A stretch of DNA of 64,000 bases, from NCBI RefSeq assembly GCF_026210795.1, contig NC_089435.1, positions 2,914,001 to 2,978,000 on the forward strand, read 5' to 3'. This DNA comes from Rhizophagus irregularis (Eukaryota). Position numbers and translations under genes: made by a program. Shown here one piece after another: positions 28,864 through 42,200 of the stretch. The notes beneath the pieces were generated by a model. The model worked only from the letters and a program-made list of their open reading frames with translations. It did no database searches and was not told the DNA's origin. Position 1 is the first letter of the stretch. Every line of letters starts with the position of its first letter.

Positions 28864-29781
28864 GATTGATATATATTTATCCGTGAAAATAATTTTAGTT
28901 TTGATTTGTTTTATGAATTATTTTCTTAACAAGTATATTTAAGATGTGACTTTGTGGTTACTTATTTTGTATATTTATTTTATTTTATTTTACTTTTTTA
29001 AAAAATTATATAGCGTTCAAGTGGTTAAAAAGCAAAAATTCTGGTTATATTAGTACTTATATATCAACATTTTTATGAGTGGAAATGTATCTTTAACTTG
29101 AATAGAAATGCAATAAAATGTATTGGTTATGAAAAAACATTATAACAAATTTATAAAATTCTCAAACGATTTATTGTAATTCAAGTAATAGCGTTACACA
29201 ACCCTGTAAAAAAAAAATTTATTCGAATATTTCGTGATATGCTACATGATCGGCAAAATTTACCGTTAACCGAAGAATCGAGGTATTATAAACCGTGAAT
29301 ATGTAACCTTTTCTGAAAAGGCATTCTTTCTATGGGGCGATTTATAGTCTTGATTTTTATCAAAAAAAAAAAAAAAAAAAAAAAAAACAAAAAAAAATGG
29401 AAAAAGAATATGGAACAAACAACGTTCCAAAATCGTGCCAGCACAGAGAAATTTTTTCTTTTTTGTGTTTTATATATTCATGAAAAAAAAAATAAATCGT
29501 TCATGCTTTTTTTTATCCCTAAAAATAGCTTATGTAATACAAAGAAAAAAAAAATTAAGATTTGGGAGTCACGGCAGTCACGCAGTCACGGCATGATTCA
29601 TTTATGTTACACCATGTTTTTTAAATAGTGATCATCTGACGAATCACGAATCTTACATACTGACTATAAAGTACACATGAGTAACCATTTAACATACAGT
29701 ACATATATATTTATTTATATATTTCATATTTTTTTTTCGGGTTTTTTTTTTTAAAAAAAAAAAGAAAAAAAAAGTATTAAA

Positions 29782-31291
29782 ATGGTTGATAATAAACTTT
29801 TACAAAACTTGTCTCAAAATTTACTTGAAATTTTAAAAGATGAAGTATATTACGATATTACTATTGAAGTTGGTATTGATCCTTACGTAAAAATATATCG
29901 TGCTCATATGGTAATTTTATGTTATCGTTCACCTTATTTGCGAAGAATTTTGTCAACCGATAAAAATTATAATGACGGAAGTTTGAAACATATTAAATTA
30001 CCGAATATTTCACCCAAAACTTTTCAAGTAATCTTAAGGTAAGAATAAAAGAATTAAATTCCAAAATAAATATTTTCTAATAAATATATTTTAATTAATC
30101 ATAAATTATTTTAGGTATATTTATAGTGGAAGAATTTTTTTAGAAGAATATGATACTTTAGATATAATTAAAATTTTGGTTGCTGGAAATGAACTTGGTC
30201 TTAAAGAGTTAATCGATTATATACAATCATTTTTAGTCGAATACGAAACAAACTGGATGGAATTAAACTTTAATGAAATATATCGAATAAGTTTTGAAAA
30301 TCAATCTTTTTTTAAACTTCAAAAATTTTGTAACGACTTAATATCCAGAGAACCTGATAAGATATTCAAATCATTAAATTCACCTTCGATTCCAGAAAAA
30401 CTTTTGGTTTCACTTATTCAAAGCGACAATCTTCAAATGAGCGGAATAAAAGTATGGGAACATGTACTTAAATGGGGACTTGCTAAAAATCCAGAGTTTC
30501 CCTCAAATCCTACAGATTTTTCAAAGGAAGAATTTGATACTTTAAGGAATAGTTTACAACAATGTATTCCATTTATTAAATTTTATAATTTAACTTCTGA
30601 CGAATTTTCGAACAAGGTCTTACCTTATAAAAAAATTTTACCAAGGGAATTATATAAAGATTTATTAAAACATTACTTGAATTCTAATAATCAAATGATT
30701 AAAAAATTCGAACCTGGTGTAACTAGAGAGATTAATAAAGAAATTGGAGGAAATAATAATATTGACTCAAAAATAATCACATCTCAACACGTTGAATTAA
30801 TTTTAAAATGGATCGATATGAAAAACTCAAATACTATTACTTCAATATTTACAAAATTAATTTATAAAGATACTGAATACAAAATGAAATTATTATTTCG
30901 TGGTTCTCGGGATGGATTTACAATTGAAAAATTTCATGAAATTTGTGATAATCAATCTCATACTGTAATAATTATTAAAGTAAAAGGTAGTAAGGAAATT
31001 CTTGGAGGTTATAATCCTATTACATGGAAAGCTTGTGGTTTTACCAATACTAAGGATAGTTTTATATTTTCTTTTAAGCGTAATGATGATATTGAAGATC
31101 ATATTTTAAGTCGTGTAGTTGATAAAGAATGTGCTATAATTAACGGAGATCCATCATTTGGTTTTTGTGACCTTCACTTATTTGGAGAATGTTATTGTAG
31201 ACGTATGTCTTATGAAAAACCGATTAGAGAAACTAAGGATTTATTTTCTTGTGAAGAATTTGAAGTATTCCAAATTACCGAGTGTGATTGA
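29782..31291 (+). CDS. BTB/POZ-BACK-TLDc protein, copy E (intact, most divergent); exons 29782-30038, 30115-31291
   Basis: Same domain motifs and intron position as copy A; uninterrupted reading frame. Confidence 0.9.
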
Positions 31292-33229
31292 ACAAATTTT
31301 ATTATTATTATTATTATTATTATTTGTAATAATTTTATTAAATTATTAAATAAAAGTCTATGATACTCTAATATGTTTTTATTATATATTATAATAATCA
31401 TTCATGATTTTTTATTGATATTGCGGATAATGTCAGTTAAAAAGAATATTTATAATATTTATTAAAGTGATACTTCGGATAAAAATAAATTATAGGGCGG
31501 AATTATTATTAAAACAGTTATATTACTGCGGAAGCACGTGAATAACAATTTTAAATAACGTGAAAAAATTCAGTTCATTATACTGAAATGCAATATATTT
31601 TATAGTTCCGTACCTAAACAATTAATAAAATTTTCAAGATAACTTTATTGTAGGTTTAGAATCATCTTTACCGTGAGAATACACATTCATAATTTGATTT
31701 ATACCCAAATTGCTTCCAACACAGCATTATAACAAGATTTATATGTAACTTTCCTAAAAAAAGATTATAAATTTGCGCAATACAAATAAGGTTAAAAAAA
31801 GAAAGCGTTCTAAACATCAGTTAATTCAATTTTATGTGCTTAGAAATTCATAAAGACTGAGAGCCTTATTTTTTATTTATAAAAGTTGATGTCGGTTAAT
31901 TATGTTTCGTATTTTATTAAAGATTCTAAATTTAATAATATATTTTTTAAAAGTACCAAAGTTCTTTATAAATAAAATAGCCATAGAAATAATATAATAT
32001 TGTAACTGACTCTGTCATAGTCCAGCTCGAGCAGAGTAAGTCTGGTTGTGAACTAATATTACCAACTCTAAATCATCAGAGGAAAGTGGATGGACTCTTT
32101 CCTGAATGAGGTGTTAGTGACGAGATTAAGCAAAGGAAATCAGCTTCCGCCGTAAGGAGAAGTACCTACAACTTCCAATAATAGTGATGTCCCTTGGAAT
32201 TAAACTCTTAAATTCTCTGATAAAAAGTATAGCATTAGAGGCGTGAAAAAATAATTGTATAAAATGTTATCAAGATAATTAAGTGGGTTATTTATTGCAT
32301 ATACAATATTATGGGATAAAGTCATCAATGTTTAACTATTTTTGATTGAATTTCTTGGTAAATATAAAAAGCATTTTATTTATATGAATAAGTATAAATC
32401 TCTTAATTTAATATTCAATTATTTCATTATTAAGCGGAGATTGAGTCATAGAAATGATGAGAGTTTATGACCATGTCTTTTAACAGGTGAAAAAGATCAA
32501 CTACGTATGATGGAAATCTAACGAAAAAAATAACCGGAAATGATAATAAATCCCCGAAAAGTAAGTAGTATTTATAAAATTTATTTTATCATTTTATTGA
32601 AAACCTTTATTATTTTAATTTTCTAATAAACAATAATACATTTAAACGAGCATCGCAAGGCATATTTAGAATATTTTTTTTTGTTAATTAGTAGAATTTG
32701 TTTTTACAGTTTACAAAAATCCAAAAAAAAGATAATAAAAATTCCGAATCTTCTGAGAGTTACGAAATTACAAAAAAAATTCAGCTTACAATTTCTCAAG
32801 ACGAACTAGCTAAAATAATTCGTATTAACAGACTCCGATTTTAATATTAAATTAGTATAAATAATTTGTCTATAGTTTTTAACAAATAAAAAACATATAA
32901 AATTTCATTTATTGCTTTAATGTTATAAGTATGCTATGTTTTGAACATACAAAATCTATAATATAAATCTTGAGTTTGGTAATACCATTACCTCCTTCCA
33001 TACCAAAACCGTTACCCCATACGGATAACGTTGTAGTACCATTACCTACTACATAACGAACCTTACTAAATAGATGATTATGTATGATTAAAATTACAAA
33101 ATATATATAAAATAAAACAAAAGTAAACTTTCGTATAACTATAAAAATATTAATCCTATCTAATTTGTGTTGGAAAAGATTTTTTACGTGAAATTACGTG
33201 ACTTCAATAGGATTAAATTAAAATTCTTT

Positions 33230-34262
33230 ACTTTAACTACTCCTTATCTTCAACTCTCCATCTCTTTTTATATTCTTTTCCATTTTGCTTTTTGTTGCTC
33301 TTTCAACACTAATGTTCTTTTCGTCAATTTCCCTGTTTTCTTCTTTGATTCTTTCAGTAAACTCATCGTTTAGCGTCGTAAATTTTTGTATCACACCATG
33401 TGATTCCGCCTTTTAATGAGTTGTAAATTAGCCTTCATTATCCGGTAAATATCCCATGGAGGTCACTTCTTCACATGTCTCCTTTTTAATCAACTCCCAC
33501 TCCATATCTCTTCTACAATCCTTGAATATCTGCTTCAATTCATTCACCCTCAACTGCGCGTGCTCTGTTACGGTCTTAACTGCTAATGTGGAAGTATTAA
33601 TCAATTCAATTATTTTTGGCGCGACATAACGTTCTTATTGAATTTTTTCTACTATAATTGTTTTCTCTTCTCTAAACTTTTCTATCACCTTAACTACTTC
33701 TCCGGTTGAACGTTATCTTTTTGTAATTGCTCAATCGCGACTTTTGTTGTTTCCACTATACTTACCATACCTTGTCTCCATTGGTTAATGTTATCCACAA
33801 CTGCTTCCTCCGATATTGCTGGCGTAACATCTTTATCCAATATTATTGGTGTCGTTGGTATTGTCTTACCGTTTCCTAGCGTACTTACCTAATCACGTGA
33901 TTTACCTAACGATTGTGGATTCGTTGAAATTATGTTGTCCGGATTCAGCTCAGCCTCCCTTGTTCCCAGCGCTGAACCCATCCCTGTCTCCCATGTTTTC
34001 CGTGAATTTTCGTGTCCTTGAGAGAGTATCTGTTGTTTTAATTGGCTCTTTGAAATGCCTAAAAAGCCATGTCATTCCCTTCTTTAAGCCATTTTCTACT
34101 GCATTTTCGTTCTGTGAGTATATTAATATTTTCCAAGTTTTTGGTATTTTCAGAACTTTAATGGAAACGACATTTTCTTCTCGCTGTACTCATTAAAATT
34201 CAAACTCATCTTTCTTTACTTCTTCAATTTCTTCTTCCGTTAAACTCCTGATGAGCTCCATA
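33230..34262 (-). pseudogene. Decayed Glu/Lys-rich ORF, possibly TE-derived
   Basis: GC-richer than flanks; purine-rich minus strand gives coding-like stretches (TEHAQLRVNELKQIFKDCRRDMEWELIKKE; NDEFTERIKEENREIDEKN) broken by stops. Confidence 0.4.
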
Positions 34263-34266
34263 AGTA

Positions 34267-34471
34267 CCCTTATAAAAACGAAATGTCGAAATGTGTTAAA
34301 TTTGTTTTACATTTGTGCTCATGTGTAATAAATGTCTAAAAAGCACCATTTTTTCCAATTTATGTCATATTATAAAAAAACAAAAATTAAAACAAAATGG
34401 TGCTTTTTTAGACATTTATTACACATGAGCACGAATTTAAAATAAATTTAACACATTTCGTTTTTATAGAG
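34267..34471. mobile_element. Foldback MITE, CCCTATAAAAA-type terminus
   Basis: Long inverted arms including the perfect pair GTGCTCATGTGTAATAAATGTCTAAAAAGCACCATTTT / AAAATGGTGCTTTTTAGACATTTATTACACATGAGCAC. Confidence 0.75.
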
Positions 34472-36113
34472 TACGCTATATTAAGAATGATATACAAAAT
34501 ATCGGTACAGCATGTACATGATGGTCCTATAGGGCCGTATAATTATTATATTTATTTTTTCCAAAAAAAATATATATATATGTCTCAGACTGCATCTTTA
34601 ACCTATAGATAGTTGTCCGATATGTTTAGTTTGTATAACTTGTGCAGAAAGTGAAAATAATCGCATTTGTGCACCCAAGACTCTTATAAAAAATCAAGAG
34701 GATCTCTTTGAACCAATTACAAAAAATGTATATATAAAATATAAGAAAGCAATAGATTATGCCTTTTTGCATGGTTTAAAGCTAATGTACCTACTATAGT
34801 TAAAGTTCCTGAGAGTTTAGATTTTGCTAACATATGCAAATTGCAAAACCTAGCATCAACAAATATGAAACTAAAACAACAAAGAAACAAATATAAATAT
34901 CTCTAAAACTGCAAAGGTTAGTCCGATAGTTATATCAGAGGTGAATCAATGTAGATATCTAAGGATGAAAATCCAAAGAAATCTTGATTCACGTGACAAT
35001 CCAACATCTGACATACCAAACTGGATGTCGGGTTCAAAATTTTAACTTTGTCCTGAATAATATGAAACAAGCTGTAAATTCAAATTTTAACCAATAAAAT
35101 TTAGCTGTCTGATCAATAATTTTATATGTTAAAAATTTTATACTGCGATCATTTTTTTTTTTCGTCAGAATAAGAAATTTTCTTTAAAGAAATGTGCATG
35201 CGATTTAGTCAATTTAAGGTATTGTACATGTATTCAGTTTCTGTAAGAGTGTCCTTAAAATAGACCGTTCTTATCTTAGACCGCAACTGTATTAATCACG
35301 TAACGTCGTAACGATTACTCTGAAAATACTTATTTATATAGGAGGTTTAAGATAAAGAACCTGGACCCCCGGTTCAGGATAAATTTGTCCTTTCCGTAAT
35401 ACATGCGATTATCCCATGATATTATAAATATAAACTATCTTTATTGGCCAATTATATTAATATAAAAAAAATTTTTTTGAATATGAATGCATCGCCTAAT
35501 GTGTTAATTTATTTTACGAACATTTTCTTTTTGAAGAAAGTTTAGTGAATAGCAAAAATTTTCATCAATAAAATGATCAATATATAAAAAAGTCATTTTT
35601 TGCATTTTACAAAAAAAAAATATCTGAATAACCACTATTATAATCTTAGATAAACTTTTTTCCTTATGTAAAATTACATATATTTTTACTGTTAAAATTA
35701 TGCATTTGTTTCTACTTTTAAAAGGATTTTAAAAAGGCATATTCTTAAAGCAAATTTCTGTAAAATGCAAAAATATTTATAAATAATATAAGGAAAACTA
35801 TTTAATTAATTTATTTATTTATTTATTTATTTCTAAAAGAGTGGTAATTAAAGTCTATTACAAATAACACGTATTTAGCACCGAAGTGCTTAATTGAACT
35901 GTCTATATGTGTAGATCTCTAACTTTCATCCCATCCAGATAGGACCACACCCTTTGTTCGGAACTATTTGAGAAAATAGGCCTACGCCATTTAAACAAAT
36001 TTTAAAATAAAACAATCCAGTGACCAAAGACCATCAAGACCGAAGACCGCCAGATCCGTATTTTTCCTTCGCCCGGAGACGTTACCTGTAAATACTGTAA
36101 GAGGTAAAATGAT

Positions 36114-37040
36114 TCAAACTATTTTTAAAAGTTGTTTAGTGCAAAAAGGTAAACTAATGTTTAGATGAAGGTCCAGCAGTTGTAGAGTCCATAAATGTAT
36201 CATCAAAAGATGGACGACGTTTTCTGTTATCGTAAAGTGTGAGTGGTGTATGAAAGTGTAATTGTCAGAATTGTATAGGTCGGGAAACCAATCTATGTCA
36301 ATATGAACCATCTTATCAATCGTATTCGAAAGATCAGACGTGGCGCAGATTTTTTTTTGATGAACGCGTTGTTTCTATGTTTGTTGAGGTTATGATTGAT
36401 ATTAACTGTTCTTTTGTTAGGACAATATAGGGATTGGAACCGTCCAAAAAAACCTTAACCGGTTAAAAACCGGTTAACCAAGGGTCTTAACCGGTTAATA
36501 ACCGGTTAATATCAAAAATATTTTAAAAACTTTTTTTACTGCAAATTGTACCAATTTTTGATTTTACTTGCATATTTAGTTATAGGAAGACTATGTATCA
36601 CTAAAATTATTATAAATAAATAGAAAAAAATTCGGCATTAAAACTTTAAGTTTAGGAACACGTGGCCGCAATTTACATGTCTCTGGGCCGCATTATATAA
36701 ATCTGACTAGAATTATGGTAAATATAGTTTTAACCGGTTAACCGATTTTCAAAATCCTTTAACCGGTTAATTAACCGGTTAACATTAACCGGTTCCAATC
36801 CCTAGGACAATATTCGAATTCACGAGTTTCGTCGGAAGTATCGGAACTTGTCATCTTGCTGTATGGTGGAGGGACGATCATTAAAATTTTCTTCATTGAA
36901 AATTTGTTTGTAATTTCTTGTAAAAATTCTAAATTCTCGTTCAAGACGTGATCAATCTTTTCGCTTGTTCTTTTTGATTGTAATAATGTTGCAAGGATTC
37001 GGGCTTTAGCCATATCATCTTCACGTCGTTTAGCTAACAT
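36114..37040 (-). pseudogene. Unknown ORF interrupted by the hAT element
   Basis: ORF 37040-36805 (..REFEYCP) continues as NKRTVNINHNL.. once the element and one TSD are removed; a frameshift at the A-run near 36350 links it to the 36311-36114 ORF. Confidence 0.45.
36428..36804. mobile_element. Non-autonomous hAT element (377 bp)
   Basis: 15-bp TIR TAGGGATTGGAACCG, perfect 8-bp TSD GGACAATA (36420-36427 and 36805-36812), subterminal AACCGGTT repeats at both ends. Confidence 0.93.
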
Positions 37041-39286
37041 AGTTTGTGTAGGGGCGTGTCGTTCTTCTTACGTGAGTCCAAGAGCGTTAGCGTCCGCATA
37101 TGAAACTACGGATGATCTATTCAGTGTAGGTGTAGTAGCGGAATTTGATGCCGAGGGGATTAATCGTAAATCCAAGGTCATTAACATGAGAGTGTGGGAA
37201 TGGTCTACGTTGAGAAAATGTGCAGTCTTTAAATTCATTATTTAGAGGTAATATCGCGTGGGCCTAACCTAAGCGCGTACATGGGTGTTTTAAAAGAATA
37301 TGACGAATTTGTTTGTTTTAGGACGCTATAGGTCCTAAATATTTTAAATGATGAATGGGTTTAGCAATATATTGCGATTCTAAAAATAAGAAACGGTATT
37401 TACGAGCTTGAAAGATTCTATCGTCTAACGACGAACTCGACGTTTGAGCGTTGAGTTTGAAGACTCTTCTACAATGTCGTTCGAAGCGCTCGTCTTGTTT
37501 TTTTTTTGTACGTGGTTTTAATTGTGGTGATCGTTTGAAATTATTAAGGAATTTTTTTTATACAAATAACGTGAGCCTTGATCGATGACTTTCTTATCAT
37601 ATCCAAGAAACGGTATAGCTAATACCGAGCCGATTTGGAAAGACGTTATTATTCCATTTGGAACGCCATCTATACCCGATTGGCGTGCCAAATTTTGTTG
37701 TTAGATGAAGGTGTGCGATCAGATTTACCAATTTATTTTGTTTATTCGTTACAACAAAATTCTCTCTCTTCAAGTATGTAAACCTTTATTTATTAAAGTC
37801 ACTGAGATATTTGTGAATAAACAGATTATTTTAATGAAATTAACTTGTTTTACATTGTTTTTCAATTTTATAGCATAATTTTAGTACTTTAGTCAAATTA
37901 AATAGGTGTCAGAAGCTTAAACAAAGTTATTCACAGGCATAGAAATGCTCAAATATTAATTTTTGTCAAGATATCCTGAATATTTATGGATAATTAGTAT
38001 TTTTTTACAATAGGTTTAATATTTGAAGTTATTTTCGTTAAAAAAGTGTTGTTTATTTATTTATTAAATTTAATAGTGTAAAAGAGTCATTTTTTAAATG
38101 TTCTTATAATAAAACAATAAAATTATTTAATATTTTAAAGAAAATATGGGTTTATTTTTTTTCTTTCGTTGTCTGTTTTTTCTGATAAATGTTGCCACAC
38201 GACACAAAACAATCAACGAACCAATCAAAATTTGGACGCGACAAAAAACACGTGGGGTGAAAATTTTGGTGGTGTTACTGGGGTAATGATCTAATTGGTT
38301 TAGTCACGTGGAATTTTTTATTTTTTCCGGGGTAATATCAAATAAAATAAAGTAAAATGTTATAATAAAAGTAAAATATAAAATTTGTATGAATAATATG
38401 ATGTATATGTCGCAGTAAAGTGGTAAACTCTTTTTTATAATATAGGGTGTAATATAAGAAGTTAGAATAAGATATCGTTGAAAAAAAAAACTTCACCTTC
38501 AGTATATTTCTTTTAAAGGTCGAAACCTTTACCATACGTATATACTTTTAGGTATAGAGTGAAGATAAAAGGGATAAAATATCCGCACTTGTGTTGAGTT
38601 TTAAGGGGTGTTATAATAACTTGAAAGTTTATAAAAAAATTTTACTGCGCCATTGTAATAAATTTTAAAAAAAAAGTGGAAAGAGTTTTCAATTCTCGAA
38701 AACTATTTAATTAGTATGGGTTAGAATTGATGAAAATGTTGACACGCGATCAATTTTGCTGATCATAACTAAAATGGCTAGAGCAGCTTTTAAAATTATT
38801 GTTTATATAGGAATGCTTGCCTTCTCTTCAAGTTTGATTATAGTTAAAAGAGAGGTTATGAATACCATTTTTAATTTCTATATTGAAATTTGTAAAAGTT
38901 GACTTTATTAAGAAATTGGTATCAGAAAAAGCAAAAATGTGTATAGGATTTGATTTTATTTTGGTGAATTTTTATCATCTATTTTTGGAAATGATCTGCA
39001 AATTTTGATCACGTGTCAGTAATTTTTGTGGTTACGGCTTTGACAAATAAGTAACACAATCTTTCAGTCACGTGATTGCGACGGCACACAAAATATAGGT
39101 CATATGACACACTGTGTAAGGTGATAATCTCAATCATATGTTGCTGCAGTAGTTTAGTGATAGCCGTACCTAAAATCATACAAATCATACATAAACGTAT
39201 TATTTTAAGTAGTACGCGATAGTCGCACATTCATTTTCAATAAATATAAAACACTGTTAAAATTGACTAAATTATTATTTTCAAGA

Positions 39287-42200
39287 ATGTCAATAGAGAC
39301 GAAAGAAACAGACCTTAAAGAATCAAATATCTACATTGATTGGTTAGAAAAATCAATTGCCGATGAATACATAAACTATTACGCTTATTCAGAATTTAAA
39401 AATCTAAAACCGTTAGGAAGTGGCTTATATGGAAGTGTATCTCGTGCTAATTGGAAAAATACTGATGGATTTTTCGCTTTAAAAACTTTTAATAATGATA
39501 AAATAACGCTTAAAGAAGTTGTTAATGAGGCATGTAATCTATACTAATAACGTAATGTTAACTCTCAATTTTATTAAACTAAAATTTATTTCTTTTGTAG
39601 ATAAAATTACAGAAAGAATTAATTGCTAATGAAAATATTTTACGGTTTTATGGTATCACAAAAATAGAAAATGGTACGTTATAATAACATAAATTATGTG
39701 TTTCAAGTAAGATATATGTTAATTGTTTATTTTCTTTCATGTTGTATTCAGAAAAAAAATATTCATTAGTTTTGGAGTATGCAGATAGCGGTACACTAAA
39801 TATTTACTTAAAATTGCATTTTAATAAACTTGATTGGAACGAAAAATATCAATTATCATTTCAGCTAGCAAGTGCAATATCATTTTTACATGAACATGAT
39901 ATTATTCATCGTGACTTGGTAATAGTCTATTTTTTTTAACCATATCTATATAACATTTTTCGTAAAAAATATGCTGAATAAAATTTTTTGTACTATCATA
40001 GCATGCTGATAATGTACTCATGCATCAGAAAAAGATAAAGTTGGCAGACTTTGGATTATCAAGAAAAATTGCTAAAACATCAAGCAATAATGCATCAAAA
40101 GTGTTTGGTTTAATACCTTTTGTTGACCCAAGAAAGTTAAATGATCAAGATTACGAATTAAACAAAAAATCTGATGTGTATAGTATTGGAGTTTTAATGT
40201 GGCAAATTTCAAGCGGAAAAAAACCATTTTCTAATTGTAATCATGATGTAAGTTTATCCTTGTCCATAGTAAATGGTAAACGGGAAGAAATTATTGATAA
40301 TACTCCTATTGAATATAGTAATTTATATACAGGTAGAAAAATACTATTGTTTTCATTGAAAAAATAAATTTATTTATTATATTAATTTATTTTAATAATT
40401 AGAATGCTGGAAATATGAGCCAGACGAGCGTCCAAATATGCAAAAAGTTGTTTTATTTCTTAAATTAATGCTTCCTGACCAAGATCTTGAAATTTATGAT
40501 TATGAGGATAGACTATTACAAGAACTCTTAGATATAGTTGATAATTCCAGTATAAATGATGATCCAGATATAAATGATGATTCAGATATAAATGATGATC
40601 CAGATATAAATGATGGTTTAGACATAAATGATTATGTACAAAATATTCTTGACAGTTTACAAGATCAAGCAACTATCCAATCAGAGATAATAGAACCTAA
40701 AAATAATCAGTCAAATGTATCATTTCTCACAAATTCATCGAAGGATTCACTTGAATCAACGTTCAACAATATTAGTAATTTAATCGTTGATAAATTAATT
40801 AAAATTATTATTAAAAAACATGATAAAGGTTATACTTTTGATCAAATTCAACAGCTAATTGATCAAAAAACATTACGATTTAATCAAATTACAAATAATC
40901 TTATTAATTGGCTTACAAAAAATCAAGATAAATCACCTTATATTTGGCTTTTGGGATTATTTTATTATTATGGGATTGGAATAGAAGAAAATGACAGTAA
41001 AGCATTCGAATTATTTTCAAAAGCAGCAAAAAATGACTATCCAATAGCACAAGTTTATCTTGCTAAATGTTATAATGATGGATATGGAACTGAAAAGAAT
41101 AATAATTTAGCATTCAATTGGTATCAAATAGCTGCAGAAAATAATAATAGTATTGTTGGACAATTTTATTTGGGATATTGTTATGAATTTAATATTGGAA
41201 CTGAAAGTAGTGAAAATAAATTCATTGAATGGTATCAAAAAGCGGCTAATAATGGAAATACATCTGCAAAATTTTATCTTGCAAATTGTTACAGATTAGG
41301 AAAAGGAACAGAAAAATATGAATCTAAAGCATTTGAATATTACAAAATATTAGCTGAAAAAGAAATCATAGATGCTCAATATCAACTTGGAAATTGTTAT
41401 TATTATGGAGTTGGAATAGAAATTGATAAAGTTCAAGCTTTTAATTGGTACAAAAAAGCAGCAAATAATGGAAGTATTATTGCAAAATGTATTCTTGAAC
41501 AAAACTATAATAAGAAAACTAACACTAAAAAAAATAGAAGTATAGAAATTAAAATTCATAAAATAATGTATTTTGAGGGATTAAGAAAAATTGGAATTAA
41601 TAATTATAATGGTATTGGGACAAAACAAAATTATAAAAAAGCATATTATTATTTTCAAAAGGCAGCAGAAGGTGGTTATAAAATTGCACAATTTGATTTG
41701 GGTAGTTGTTATGAAAATGGTAAAGGTGTGAAAAAAAACAATAGAAAAGCTTTTAAACTATATCAAAAATCAGCTGAACAAGGTCTTTTAGGTGCTCAAT
41801 TTAAACTTGGATATTGTTACAATTTTGGAATTGGAACTGAAGTTGATGAAATAAAAGCATTTGAATTATATAAAATAGCAGTAGAAAAAGGCCACTTAGA
41901 TGCTCAATATCAACTTGGATATTGTTATGATAAAGGAATTGGAACTGAAGTTAATAAAATAAAAGCATTTAAATTATATAAAATAGCAGCAGAGAAAGGC
42001 CATTTAGATGCTCAATATCAACTTGGATATTGTTATGTCAAAGGAATTGGAACTGAAGTTAATGAAATAAAAGCATTTAAATTATTTAAAACAGCTGTAG
42101 AAAAAGGCCATTTAGATGCTCAATATCAACTTGGATATTGTTATGATAAAGGAATTGGAACTGAAGCTAATGAAATAAAAGCATTTGAATTGTATAAAAT

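Noticed and set aside
26590..29628. Lys/Phe-rich short ORFs in BTB spacers
   Set aside because: Arise from poly-A/T tracts in duplicated non-coding DNA.
20298..31102. Recurrent ~70-aa antisense ORFs (MIFNIII..) in BTB-TLDc copies
   Set aside because: Shadows of the conserved TLDc coding strand.
32001..32260. Possible LTR beginning TGTAAC
   Set aside because: No second copy, TSD, PBS or pol sequence was found.
32920..33065. Minus-strand Gly-rich stretch (GNGTTTLSVWGNGFGMEGGNG)
   Set aside because: Short, preceded by stops and with no supportable gene model.
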